This document shows positions 27,762-37,548 of a DNA stretch of 64,000 bases, piece by piece. Numbering within the stretch: position 1 is the first letter of the stretch; every line of letters starts with the position of its first letter. The stretch covers positions 4,000,001 to 4,064,000 of the forward strand of contig CAVTTN010000002.1 in assembly GCA_963737655.1 (NCBI GenBank), written 5' to 3'. A program made the translations under genes and the position numbers. This stretch comes from an uncultured Planctomycetota bacterium. GTDB lineage: Bacteria; Planctomycetota; Planctomycetia; Isosphaerales; Isosphaeraceae. Below the pieces are notes generated by a model. It saw only the letters and a list, made by a program, of their open reading frames with translations. It was not told where the DNA came from and ran no database searches.

Positions 27762-29534
27762 TCAGCGCGTCCCGGTGCTGGAGCCGGCCTTCGTGGCCGA
27801 GCCGTTCTTGAGGAGCTTCGTCGGCACGCCCGGCCCGTGGGTCGAGAGGTGCTCCTCGGCGATGGTCTGGACGGCGATCGGGTCCTCGTTGACGTAGCCG
27901 AAGACGCCCATCTCGGGGATGTCCAGCCCCTCGATCTCGTCCTTGGCCTTCACGCGGATGCCCATCGTCTTGTCGCTGATGAAGAAGAACAGGAAGGCGA
28001 CGGGGAAGACCCAGAGGATGTTCGCGGCCACGCCGATGGTCTGGGCGATCAACTGCTCGGTCCCTCCGCCGTAGAACAGGCCGGTGGGCGTCTTGTCGGC
28101 CACGCCGTTCCAGCCCGCGCCGTACTTGCCGTCGGCGAAGAGGCCGATGCAGAGGCAGCCGAAGGCCCCGCAGACGCCGTGGACGCTCACGGCGCCGACG
28201 GGGTCATCGACCTTCAGCACCTTCTCGACGAACAGGACGCTCCAGATCACCAGGATGCCGGCGATCCCGCCGATGATCACGGCGCCAACCGGGCTGACGA
28301 ACGCACAAGGGGCGGTGATGGCCACGGCCCCGGCCAAAAGGCCGTTGCAGGACATCGTGGGGTCGGGCTTGCCGTAGACGGCCCACATGTAGAGAAGTGA
28401 GGTCAGGGTGCCGGCCGCCGTGGCGAGCATGGTGCAGACCGCGACCGAGGGGACCCGGCCATCGGTGGCCGCCAGGGTCGAGCCGGCGTTGAACCCGAAC
28501 CAGCCGAACGCCAGGATCAGGGTGCCCAGGACCACCATCACGATGTTGTGGCCCGGCAGGGCGTTGGCCGATCCGTCCTTGTTGAACTTGCCGATCCGGG
28601 GGCCGATGACCAGGGCCCCGGCCAGGGCCGTGACGCCGCCGGTCATGTGGACGACCGACGACCCGGCGAAGTCGATGTGGCCGTTGCCGATCCCGAAGTT
28701 CGTGCCGAGCGTCGCGAGCCAGCCGCCGCCCCAGACCCAGCAAGCATAGACCGGGTAGATCACCATCGACAGGAAGAAGCCGAAGACCATGAAGTGGGAG
28801 AACTTCCAGCGCTCGGCCAGGGCCCCGGTGGGGATCGTGGCGGCGGTGTCCATGAACACCATCTGGAACAGGAACATGGTCAGGACGGAGGCGTCATAGG
28901 CATCCCCGGTCAGGAAGAAGCCCTTGTAGCCGAAGATCCCCAACTCCTTGCCGGCGACGGTGATCTTGAAGAGTTTGTCGAGGATGTTCGGGCCGTCGAA
29001 CGCGAGGACGGGGCCGAGGCCGCCCATCTGGATCGCGAACCCGCAGATCCAGAAGCCGAGCATGCCGATGGCGTAGACCACGAAGTTCATGGCCATCGTG
29101 TGGGCCACGTTCTTGGCGCGGGTCAGCCCGGTCTCGACCAGGGCGAAGCCGGCCTGCATGAACATGACGAGGAAGCCGGCGATCAGGGCCCAGAGGATGT
29201 TCAGGGCCACCTTGATCTGCTTGGTATCCTTGGCCAGGGTCTCCGTGGTGACGACGATCTTGCCGTCCTTGTCCTTGTCGCCGGTCAGGGTATAGCCGGC
29301 GGCACCGGTGTAGCTGCCGGTGGAGTCGGGCGCCGTCGGAGTCACCTTCGGGTCGGGGGCCGCGGCGGGCGCGGCCGGGGTGGCGTCGGTGGTCGCCGCG
29401 GTGGGCGCGACCGGGGCCTCCTCGGCCTTCTTCGCCTCCTGGGCGTGGCCCCAGTTGCCGGCCAGGAAGATGGTCAGGGCCATCGTGGCCCCCAGCGACA
29501 GCATGACCCAGGGTCTCCGACGACTGCTCATCAT
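27762..29534 (-). CDS. amtB: Ammonium transporter
   Basis: LVMFMQAGFALVETG, FQMVF..TIPTGALAER, DFAGSSVVH, GWFGFNAGS, VDDPVGAVSVHG; N-terminal signal peptide. Confidence 0.95.
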   Translation of the reverse strand: MMSSRRRPWVMLSLGATMALTIFLAGNWGHAQEAKKAEEAPVAPTAATTDATPAAPAAAPDPKVTPTAPDSTGSYTGAAGYTLTGDKDKDGKIVVTTETLAKDTKQIKVALNILWALIAGFLVMFMQAGFALVETGLTRAKNVAHTMAMNFVVYAIGMLGFWICGFAIQMGGLGPVLAFDGPNILDKLFKITVAGKELGIFGYKGFFLTGDAYDASVLTMFLFQMVFMDTAATIPTGALAERWKFSHFMVFGFFLSMVIYPVYACWVWGGGWLATLGTNFGIGNGHIDFAGSSVVHMTGGVTALAGALVIGPRIGKFNKDGSANALPGHNIVMVVLGTLILAFGWFGFNAGSTLAATDGRVPSVAVCTMLATAAGTLTSLLYMWAVYGKPDPTMSCNGLLAGAVAITAPCAFVSPVGAVIIGGIAGILVIWSVLFVEKVLKVDDPVGAVSVHGVCGAFGCLCIGLFADGKYGAGWNGVADKTPTGLFYGGGTEQLIAQTIGVAANILWVFPVAFLFFFISDKTMGIRVKAKDEIEGLDIPEMGVFGYVNEDPIAVQTIAEEHLSTHGPGVPTKLLKNGSATKAGSSTGTR

Positions 29535-29710
29535 CACGGTGATCCTCCGGCTCGCGGTCCCGGGCTCGATCTCCGAGCCCTCCGCGGCCTGTTCCAGAAT
29601 TGGGAGAGGGGAACGAAGGAGGGCCCGAGCGGGCCGATCAGGGCCTCGGGCCGGGCCCAATGGCGGCCCTTGCGGCGGGGTTCGCCCATTCGACGACTCG
29701 GCCCGAGTTT

Positions 29711-29727
29711 CGCAAGCATCGTGCCGA
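29711..29727 (-). promoter_or_regulatory. Sigma54 (-24/-12) promoter of amtB
   Basis: Minus strand TCGGCACGATGCTTGCG with exact GG-N10-GC spacing. Confidence 0.75.
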
Positions 29728-29833
29728 CACCCATCCGCCGGCGCGATGGGTCGAGATTCCAGCCCAAGTCCTTTCCCCAGAATGGTCTCCGCGCGAAAAA
29801 TGCGTGGGCGCGTTCGGGGCAGCTTGGTTCATT

Positions 29834-29871
29834 CGCTGTTTTTTTGGGCGTTCGTGCTTCAAATTTCGGCA
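29834..29871. promoter_or_regulatory. Two NtrC-like enhancer boxes
   Basis: CGC-N11-GCG (29834-29850) and TGC-N11-GCA (29855-29871), AT-rich centres, 21 bp apart, ~110-145 bp upstream of the -24 element. Confidence 0.5.
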
Positions 29872-29980
29872 GACTCCGGCGGGGGCGACGAGTCGGCTTC
29901 CCGGGAATGACGAACGGCCCCGTGACCTCGGAGGAGGCGGCGGGGGCCGTTCGGGATGGGATCGTGACCCGGCGGGTTGC

Positions 29981-31584
29981 TCAGTACAGCAAGATCACGT
30001 CGAAGCCCAGGGTCAACTGGCTGTTGCGCGTCCCATCGCTATACGGGTGGCCGCTCCGGGCGAAGTCGTACCGGGCCTCGGGCCGGATCCAGATGTAGGG
30101 CACTGGCTTGTAGATCAGGCCGAGCGTGAATTCGGAGTAGTTCGTCGCGATCCCGGTGCGGACGCCGTTGTTGTCCCGGAAGATTTCCGACCGCCAGACG
30201 CCGGTCAGCTTGTCGCTGTCCTTGGTGATCTTGTAGAGGAACCAGTTGCCGAAGCTGTACCAGCCCGCCCCGTGAGACGCGCCGGACTGCACCACGCCGT
30301 TGACGACCGAGGAGGCCGCCCCCGGGACGTTCTGCTCATACGCCTCGTCGGTCTCCATGACCTGCGTCAGCCGGTCGTTCCACTTGTGGGAGAGGACCGT
30401 CGTGAACAGGACGCGGTCGTTCGAGGAATAGCCGGGGTTCTTCTGGCCGGCGAGCGAGGGGACGTTGATGTAGCCGGTGGGATAGAAGTCCTGGTTGGCC
30501 GGGAGCTGCTTGGGGAACTGGTTGGGGCCCCAGACGGTGGTGAAGGCCACCGAGGTCTTGTCCTCGTTGAAGGTGTACGAGAACCCGCCGATGTAGCCCC
30601 ACTTGTAGTGGGTGTTGATCCAGCGGTCCCAGCCGTTGATGGCCCCGTTATAGATGTTCAGCTTGTCGGTGATGTGCCAGGTGCTCACCATGCCGAAATG
30701 GGTGAACGGCTGGCCGTAGTTGAACATGTAAGGCACCGAGAGGAGCGGTCGGCCAGTTGCTGGAACGACTTCGTAGCCGGCCAGGGTGTACCAGCGGCCC
30801 CCCTTGAAGTCGATGCCCTTGGTGCCCAGGAACTTGTCGGGGACGTGCATCTCGACGTACATCTGGGCCGGGTCGTAGCCGGCGAAGTGGTTGGGCGAGA
30901 AGGACGTCTGGTTCAACCCCTGCATGTGGTTGAACTGCCAGTCGTTGCCGAACAGGTTGTCCACCCGGAAGCCGAAGTTGATCTCGTCGTTCTGCTCCAG
31001 GGGCTTTTCGAAGATCAGGTAGTACTGGTTGCCCATCCAGCGGTTGGCTTCGTAGTTCGGGTTCACGCCGAAGTTATAGGGGCTGCGGCCTCCCAGGGTG
31101 CCGTTGGTATTGCCGGTGTAGGAGTTCTGGAGCCATCCGTAGATCTTGATCTTGGAATCTTCCATGCCGAAGAAGTTCATCAGGAGCTTGGTCTCGTCCT
31201 TCTCGGGCTCCTCGGCCTCTTCCTCGGCCTGCTGGGCCTCGGTGGGCTCGCCGCCTCCGCCCTCGCGCTCGGACTTCGGCAGGGACAGGTCGGTGTCGGA
31301 GGCGGTGCTGGAGTCGGTCGGGGACGTCCCCTCGCCGGGCCCCGGGGGCCGGGCCGGGGGCGGGGGCGGCGCGGTGTCGGACGGGGTGGCCTGGACCCTT
31401 CGGACCCCGACCCCCGGGAAGAAGCGATTGACGCCGGAGTTGGGGCCCAGGGGGCGGCCGGGCGTCACGGCCGGGGCCCGGGCGCGACCGGGGAGGTCTG
31501 GGCCCGGGCGTTCTCTCCGAAGAAGACCAGCATCGCGGCGAGGGCGGCTCCTGCCCTCCACGCCGAGGTTAGATTCGCTTTCAT
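29981..31584 (-). CDS. Outer-membrane beta-barrel porin (BBP2/OmpL-like), frameshifted near 31475
   Basis: IKIYGWLQNSYTGN, FKGGRWYTLAGYEVV, WIRPEARYD, C-terminal aromatic residue. Signal peptide MKANLTSAWRAGAALAAMLVFFGENARA is in another frame from ATG 31584. Confidence 0.82.
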
Positions 31585-31906
31585 CCTGAAAGCTCCGCAA
31601 CGAAGTCCTTATCCCGCTCGACGACAGCACGGGGAGAGGGCCGGGCTTTCCGCAGTCCTTGCGGATCTCGTCTCCGCCTCACGCCCGGAATTCCCGGAAC
31701 GATCGGAGGTTCGTGACCTTCATATCGGCCGGGGTGATATCGGTGTTGACGCTTTTTGCCGAAACCCCCAGGGCCCCCGAGCCCCCGACGCTTCACGGCT
31801 CCGGGCCCAGAGTGTTTAATTCGTCTTTCGGGGGCCTTAGACTGAGGCGTCGGCAGGGGCTTCCTCTTCCGGGCCCCGGATCGGTCCGGAATCACGAGCG
31901 ACTCCG

Positions 31907-34012
31907 ATGAACGTCCCCGCGATGTGGATCATGCTGGGCGTCCTGGCCGCGCTGGCCGTGGCGTACCGATACTACAGCGCCTTCCTCGCCGCGAAGGTCG
32001 CCTCCCTGGACGACTCGCGGGTCACGCCCGCCCATGCGCTCAACGACGGCCAGAATTATCACCCCACGAATCGCTGGGTCCTGTTCGGCCACCACTTCGC
32101 GGCGATCTCGGGCGCGGGGCCGTTGATCGGCCCGGTCCTGGCGATCCAGTTCGGCTATCTCCCCGGGCTGATCTGGCTGGTCGTCGGCGTCTGCCTGGCG
32201 GGGGCGGTCCAGGACATGATGGTCCTCGCCCTCTCGACCCGCCGGGGCGGCAAGAGCCTCGCCGGGATCGCCCGGGACGTCCTCGGCCCGGTCGCCGGGA
32301 GGGCCACGGCCGTGGCCATCCTCTACGTGATCGTGATCGCCCTGGCCGGGCTGGGGATCGTGGTCGTCAAGGCCCTCGGGGGCGAGGAAGTCGCCATCGC
32401 CGGGGGGACCGAACTCACGCTCCCCACCGACGCCCCCATCCTCAGGTCGTTCAAGGCCGGCTCGCCCGACACCGTCTATCAGATCCCCGCCGGGTCGCTC
32501 TACCGATTCGGGAAAGCCGCCGACGACACCCTGAGGTTCGCCGAGCCGTTCGCGATGGCCGTCCCCGCGAAGACCCCGCCGAAATTCCTCAAGGAAGGCG
32601 GGATCGTGGTCCCTTCCGGGAGCCGGAGGCTCGTCCCCGGGAGCTCCTGGGGCACCTTCACCATCTTCTGCACGATCCCGATCGCCCTGGTCGTCGGCCT
32701 CTACATGTATCGGCTCCGCAAGGGGAAGGTCCTCGAGGCGTCCTTCCTCGGCGCGGTCGGAGTGCTCGGGGCGACGGTCGCCGGCGCGTGGATCCCGGGC
32801 TCGGCTTTGGAATCGACGTTCTCCCTGGGCCGCGACCAAACGATCCTGATGATCGCCGCGTATGGCTTCGTCGCGAGCGTCCTGCCGGTCTGGCTCCTGC
32901 TCTGCCCGAGGGATTATCTCTCCAGTTTCCTCAAGATCGGCACGATTGCGCTCCTGGTGGTCGGCGTGATCCTCGCCAATCCGAAGCTCCAGGCCCCGGC
33001 GATCAACGCGCATTTCGCCTCGGGGGGCGGGCCGTACTTCAAGGGCGGGATCTTCCCCTACGTCTTCATCTGCATCATGTGCGGGGCGATTTCCGGGTTC
33101 CACGCCCTGGTCTCGTCCGGGACCACGCCGAAGATGATCGACCGGGAGAGCGACGTCCGGGCGATCGGCTACGGGGCGATGCTGATCGAAGGTCTCGTGG
33201 GCGTGGTGGCGCTGATCGCCGCGGCGAGCCTGCCGAGCTCGATGTACTATGACATCAACATCGACCTGGCCCGCCGCCCCGAGTTCGCCAAGACCCTGGC
33301 CGTGATGGAGTTCGACGGCGACGGCGGGCATGCCGAGCTGGTGGACATGGAGCGCAAGGTCGGCGAGTCGCTCCAGGGACGGACCGGGGGCGCCGTGACG
33401 TTGGCCGTCGGGATGGCGCGGATCTTCACCCGGGCCCTGCCCTGGGCCGATCGCCTGATCGGGTTCTGGTACCACTTCGCCATCATGTTCGAAGCCCTGT
33501 TCATCCTCACCACGATCGACACCGGGACCCGGATCGGCCGGTTTTTGGTCCAGGAGTTCCTCGGGAAGATCTGGAAGCCCCTGGGCGACCTGGACTGGCT
33601 CCCCGCGTCGTTCCTGGCCACGGGCCTGGTCGTCTTCGGCTGGTCGTATTTCATCTACACCGGCACCGTGGCGACGATCTGGCCGATGTTCGGGATGGCG
33701 AATCAGCTCCTCGCCCTGATCGCCCTGACGATCGTGACCTCGGCCCTGGTGAACGAGGGCAAGGCCCGATACGCCCCCTTGACGCTCGTCCCCGCCCTCT
33801 TCGTCGCGACCACCACGCTCTCGGCCGCGTATCTGGAAGTCACCGGGACCTACTGGGGATGGATCCAGAAAGGAGACGTCGCCAAGGGCTGGTTGAATAT
33901 CGGCCTGACCGGCCTCCTCGTCGCCTGCGTGGCCGTGATCGCGACCTCGGCGATCGTCCGATGCCTCCGAAAGCCGGCTCCAGGGCCTCTGGAATCGATC
34001 GTCAAGGCTTGA
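31907..34012 (+). CDS. cstA: Carbon starvation protein A (peptide/pyruvate transporter family)
   Basis: TPAHALNDGQNY, VLFGHHFAAISGAGPLIGP, SVLPVWLLLCPRDYLS, CGAISGFHAL, WYHFAIMFEALFILTTIDTGTR. Confidence 0.93.
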   Translation: MNVPAMWIMLGVLAALAVAYRYYSAFLAAKVASLDDSRVTPAHALNDGQNYHPTNRWVLFGHHFAAISGAGPLIGPVLAIQFGYLPGLIWLVVGVCLAGAVQDMMVLALSTRRGGKSLAGIARDVLGPVAGRATAVAILYVIVIALAGLGIVVVKALGGEEVAIAGGTELTLPTDAPILRSFKAGSPDTVYQIPAGSLYRFGKAADDTLRFAEPFAMAVPAKTPPKFLKEGGIVVPSGSRRLVPGSSWGTFTIFCTIPIALVVGLYMYRLRKGKVLEASFLGAVGVLGATVAGAWIPGSALESTFSLGRDQTILMIAAYGFVASVLPVWLLLCPRDYLSSFLKIGTIALLVVGVILANPKLQAPAINAHFASGGGPYFKGGIFPYVFICIMCGAISGFHALVSSGTTPKMIDRESDVRAIGYGAMLIEGLVGVVALIAAASLPSSMYYDINIDLARRPEFAKTLAVMEFDGDGGHAELVDMERKVGESLQGRTGGAVTLAVGMARIFTRALPWADRLIGFWYHFAIMFEALFILTTIDTGTRIGRFLVQEFLGKIWKPLGDLDWLPASFLATGLVVFGWSYFIYTGTVATIWPMFGMANQLLALIALTIVTSALVNEGKARYAPLTLVPALFVATTTLSAAYLEVTGTYWGWIQKGDVAKGWLNIGLTGLLVACVAVIATSAIVRCLRKPAPGPLESIVKA

Positions 34013-34047
34013 GGGCGAAGACAGCCCCATTCGTTGAGGGCATTCCT

Positions 34048-34119
34048 TGTAGGGTCCGCTATTGCGGACCTCGTCGCGACGACGCGAAATCGAAGAGGTC
34101 CGCAATAGCGGACCCTACA
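34048..34119. repeat. GTAG-family REP doublet (REPIN) between convergent genes
   Basis: TGTAGGGTCCGCTATTGCGGACCTC and its exact 25-bp reverse complement at 34095-34119; each arm has an internal palindrome after GTAG. Confidence 0.85.
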
Positions 34120-34156
34120 GGCGATCGTCTCTTCTCCCGAGCGGCGCGAACGTCCC

Positions 34157-35770
34157 TCATCCGGCCGCGACCGCCCCGGTCGCCACCGACTTCTTCATGA
34201 GGAAGACCAGGAGCAGCGCGGCAAGGGCCATCAAGGTGTAAATGGCGAAAATATCGAGATACGCCATCTCGCGGGCCTGGCGGCCGACCATCCCCCGGAG
34301 GATGCCCATCGCCTGATCCTGGGCGGTCGCGGAGGTCACCCCTCCCCGGAGCATCCGGGCCTGGACGATCGGTTGCAGGGTCCTGGAGACCGCCGGGTTG
34401 GTCGGCGTCACGTGCTCGGCCAGCCTCAGATGGTGGAACTGGGCCCGGCGATCGACCATCACCGTGACGATCGCGATGCCCAGGCTCCCGCCCTCGTTGC
34501 GGAGCATGTTGAAGATGCCCGCCGCGTTGTTGATCTGGTCCTTCGGCAAGTAAACGTACGCCGCATTGTTCAGGGGGACGAACAGGAGCCCCACGCCCGT
34601 CATCTGGACGCATCGCGGCAGGACCAGGGCGATCGGCGAGACGTCCAGATTCAGGTGGGCCTGCCAGTAGCTCGCCCCGGCCAGGGCGACCAGGCCGAAC
34701 GGGATGATGAACCGCGCGTCGATCCTCTTGCCCAGCAGGAACCCGACCACCGGCATCATCGCCATCGTGCAGAAGGCCGCCGGCGAGAGGATCAGGCCGG
34801 CGTGGAAGGCGTCGTACCCGAACAGCTCCTGGAGCATCTGCGGTGTGTCCACGTTCGCCCCATAGAGCACGGCGAACGCCAGGTAGATGAGGACCCCGCA
34901 CGCCAGGAAGTTCCTCTCGCCCAGCAGGCGAAGGTTGACGATCGGCCGGGGGTGGCGAAGCTCCCAGACGACGAAGACCGTGAGCGCCACGGCCATGATC
35001 GCGAAGAACGCCTGGACCCGGCCGAACGGGTCGCCGAACCAGTCCCACTCCTGCCCCTTCGCGTACAGGACCTCCAGGGAGCCCAGGCCCAGCGAGACCA
35101 GCCCCAGGCCGATGTAGTCGATGCTCAGGCCCTTCTTCCACGCCTGCTTCCGCTCCTCCTCCATCCCGGGAGGGTCCTGGACGATCAGGTGGGTCAGGAA
35201 CAGGGACAGGACGCCGATCGGGATATTGATATAAAAAATCCACCGCCAGGAATAGTTGTCGCTGATATATCCGCCCAGGACCGGCCCGAGGATCGGCGCG
35301 ACGACGACCGCCACTCCATAAAGGGCCATCGCCATCCCCCGGAGGTTCGCCGGGAACGTGTCGATCAGGATGCCCTGCTCCGACGGCTGGAGGCCGCCCC
35401 CGCCGATCCCCTGGAGGATCCGGAAGAAGATCAACATCTCGATATTTGGCGCCGCCCCGCAGAGGGCCGAGCTCACCGTGAACAAAAACACGCACGTCAT
35501 GTAGAACCGCTTCCGGCCGATCAGCCCGATCAGCCATCCCGAGAGCGGCAACACGATGGCATTGGCCACGAGGTAGCTCGTGAGGACCCAGGTCGCCTGG
35601 CTCCGGCCGACCGAGAGGCCGCCGGAGATGTAGGGCAACGCCACGTTGGCGATCGAGGTATCGAGGACCTCCATGAACGTCGCCAGGGTGACGGTCAACG
35701 CCACGATCCAGTGATTGACCGGGGCGCGGACCTTCGGCGCGTCGCCCTGGGCGTTCTTCGGCTCGCTCAT
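34157..35770 (-). CDS. DHA2-family MFS efflux permease (EmrB-like)
   Basis: ATFMEVLDTSIANVALP, WVLTSYLVANAI, FRILQGIGGG, APILGPVLGG, WRWIFYINIPIG. Confidence 0.92.
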   Translation of the reverse strand: MSEPKNAQGDAPKVRAPVNHWIVALTVTLATFMEVLDTSIANVALPYISGGLSVGRSQATWVLTSYLVANAIVLPLSGWLIGLIGRKRFYMTCVFLFTVSSALCGAAPNIEMLIFFRILQGIGGGGLQPSEQGILIDTFPANLRGMAMALYGVAVVVAPILGPVLGGYISDNYSWRWIFYINIPIGVLSLFLTHLIVQDPPGMEEERKQAWKKGLSIDYIGLGLVSLGLGSLEVLYAKGQEWDWFGDPFGRVQAFFAIMAVALTVFVVWELRHPRPIVNLRLLGERNFLACGVLIYLAFAVLYGANVDTPQMLQELFGYDAFHAGLILSPAAFCTMAMMPVVGFLLGKRIDARFIIPFGLVALAGASYWQAHLNLDVSPIALVLPRCVQMTGVGLLFVPLNNAAYVYLPKDQINNAAGIFNMLRNEGGSLGIAIVTVMVDRRAQFHHLRLAEHVTPTNPAVSRTLQPIVQARMLRGGVTSATAQDQAMGILRGMVGRQAREMAYLDIFAIYTLMALAALLLVFLMKKSVATGAVAAG

Positions 35771-37428
35771 GGCGGACCCGCCCCGGCCTCGGGGTCGCGG
35801 TTTTCCCGGAGGCTGCCCGCCGGCCCATCCCCCACGTCGATCGGCCTCCGACTTCCGAACGCATGGAGCCGTTGCCCGGCCCCCGGGCCGGTCGGCGCCT
35901 CCTTGAACCTCACGTGAGGGACCACCGAAAGCCCGGCGAAGAGCGGCGTCTCCTCCGGGATCGGCCCGGACAGCTCGATCCTCACCGGAAGCCTCTGAGT
36001 GACCTTCACGTAATTCCCCGTCGCGTTCTCGGGCGGCAAGAGCGACTGGGACAGGCCCGTCCCCGGGCTGAACCCGGCGACCCGGCCCCGGAACACCCTG
36101 TCGGGATAGGCGTCCACGTGGAGATCCACGGGCATGCCGATCCGGATGTCCTGGATCTGGGTCTCCTTGTAGTTCGCCGAGATCCAGACGTACGAGGGCC
36201 GGATCGACACGAGCGATTGGCCCGGCTCCACGCGGTTTCCCGGGTGGACCTGGCGATCCTGGACGTACCCCGCCACTTCCGAGCGGACCTCGGTCCAGCT
36301 CAGGCGGAGGAGGGCGTCTTCCCTCTGGCGGTCGGCCCGTTCGACGGCCGCCAGCGCCACCCGGACGGCCGGGGCCTGTTCGATCACCGCTTCCAACCCC
36401 TCCCCGGCCGATTTCCCGCCCCCGGGGCGGAGGAAGTCCTCGAACGCCTTCGCCTGGTCGGCCTCTTTCGGGTCGAACGGGATGCCGAGCTCCGCCAGGC
36501 TCGACGCGATGTCCGAGACCGCCGTCTGGACCGTCGATTGGCTCGTTTCGAGGTCCGGCGGGACGTTCAGCGGGTCCTCATAATTCGGCGCCAGGCCGAG
36601 CGCCGATCGGATCTCCTGAATCTCGGCCCAGGCCACCTTCACCTGCTCGTCGGCGTTCTTGAGCGTGTTGTTCCTGGTGTCGAGTTCGGCCTGGGTCGCC
36701 GACCCCCGGGCCACGAGGTTGGCGAGCCTCTTCTGGTCGATGTCGGCCAGGGCCCGGCTCGATTCCCGGGCCCGGAGCTCGGCGACCCGGGCCTTGAGGC
36801 TGGCGATCTGCTGACGGAGCCTCTCCTGGGCATTCTTCCGGCGGTAGTAGCTCGCCCGGGCCCCCGCCAGTTGCGACCGGACCCGGGCCCGGGCCTGGAT
36901 CAGGTTCGCCCCGGACTCCCGGACCGACGCCTCGGCCTGCGCCAGCGCCACCTCGAACGGCTGGCGGTCGAGCCGGACGAGGAGCATCCCGGGCTCGACC
37001 CGGTCGTTCTGATCGACGAGGACCTCGGTCACCACGCCATCGACCCGGGGGCTCACGTAGGTGATATGCCCCGCCACGAACGCATCGTCGGTCGAGACCG
37101 TGTCGAGCATCTCCCGGACCATCGGCACGCCCCAGTGGACGGCCGCCGCCACGATCGCCACGGCCGCCCCGCCGATCAGGAGCCATCGCAGCCAGTGCCG
37201 TCTCGGGCGTTCGGGAGGCTCGGGAAAGGCCGGATGCCCCTTCTCCGCCAGCCGGGTCCCCTGGGCGTCGGCGATCACGAACGAATCGACGGGCGCGGGG
37301 ATGTCGTCCTTCTCGCGATCCTCGGGCGTCCCCGGGACGCGGACCGTCTCGGCGAGGGCCGGGCCCGCCGTGGCCGTCGCCGTCGCCGTCTGAAACCGGT
37401 ACGCCTGGCCGTTCCCCGGAGTGTTCAT
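35767..37428 (-). CDS. HlyD/EmrA-type membrane fusion protein
   Basis: VSTDDAFVAG, ANYKETQI, LLPPENATGNYVKVTQRLPVRI. Confidence 0.9.
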   Translation of the reverse strand: MNTPGNGQAYRFQTATATATAGPALAETVRVPGTPEDREKDDIPAPVDSFVIADAQGTRLAEKGHPAFPEPPERPRRHWLRWLLIGGAAVAIVAAAVHWGVPMVREMLDTVSTDDAFVAGHITYVSPRVDGVVTEVLVDQNDRVEPGMLLVRLDRQPFEVALAQAEASVRESGANLIQARARVRSQLAGARASYYRRKNAQERLRQQIASLKARVAELRARESSRALADIDQKRLANLVARGSATQAELDTRNNTLKNADEQVKVAWAEIQEIRSALGLAPNYEDPLNVPPDLETSQSTVQTAVSDIASSLAELGIPFDPKEADQAKAFEDFLRPGGGKSAGEGLEAVIEQAPAVRVALAAVERADRQREDALLRLSWTEVRSEVAGYVQDRQVHPGNRVEPGQSLVSIRPSYVWISANYKETQIQDIRIGMPVDLHVDAYPDRVFRGRVAGFSPGTGLSQSLLPPENATGNYVKVTQRLPVRIELSGPIPEETPLFAGLSVVPHVRFKEAPTGPGAGQRLHAFGSRRPIDVGDGPAGSLRENRDPEAGAGPP

Positions 37429-37548
37429 CCTCGCGGTCACCTTCGCCCCGACCGTCGCGGAGGGAGGGCGGTCTCCCTCGGCGGTCTGTTCGCGAGGATT
37501 CCGGGTGCAACTGCGATGCCATCGGCCCGGTCGGGCGATCCGTCCTCC

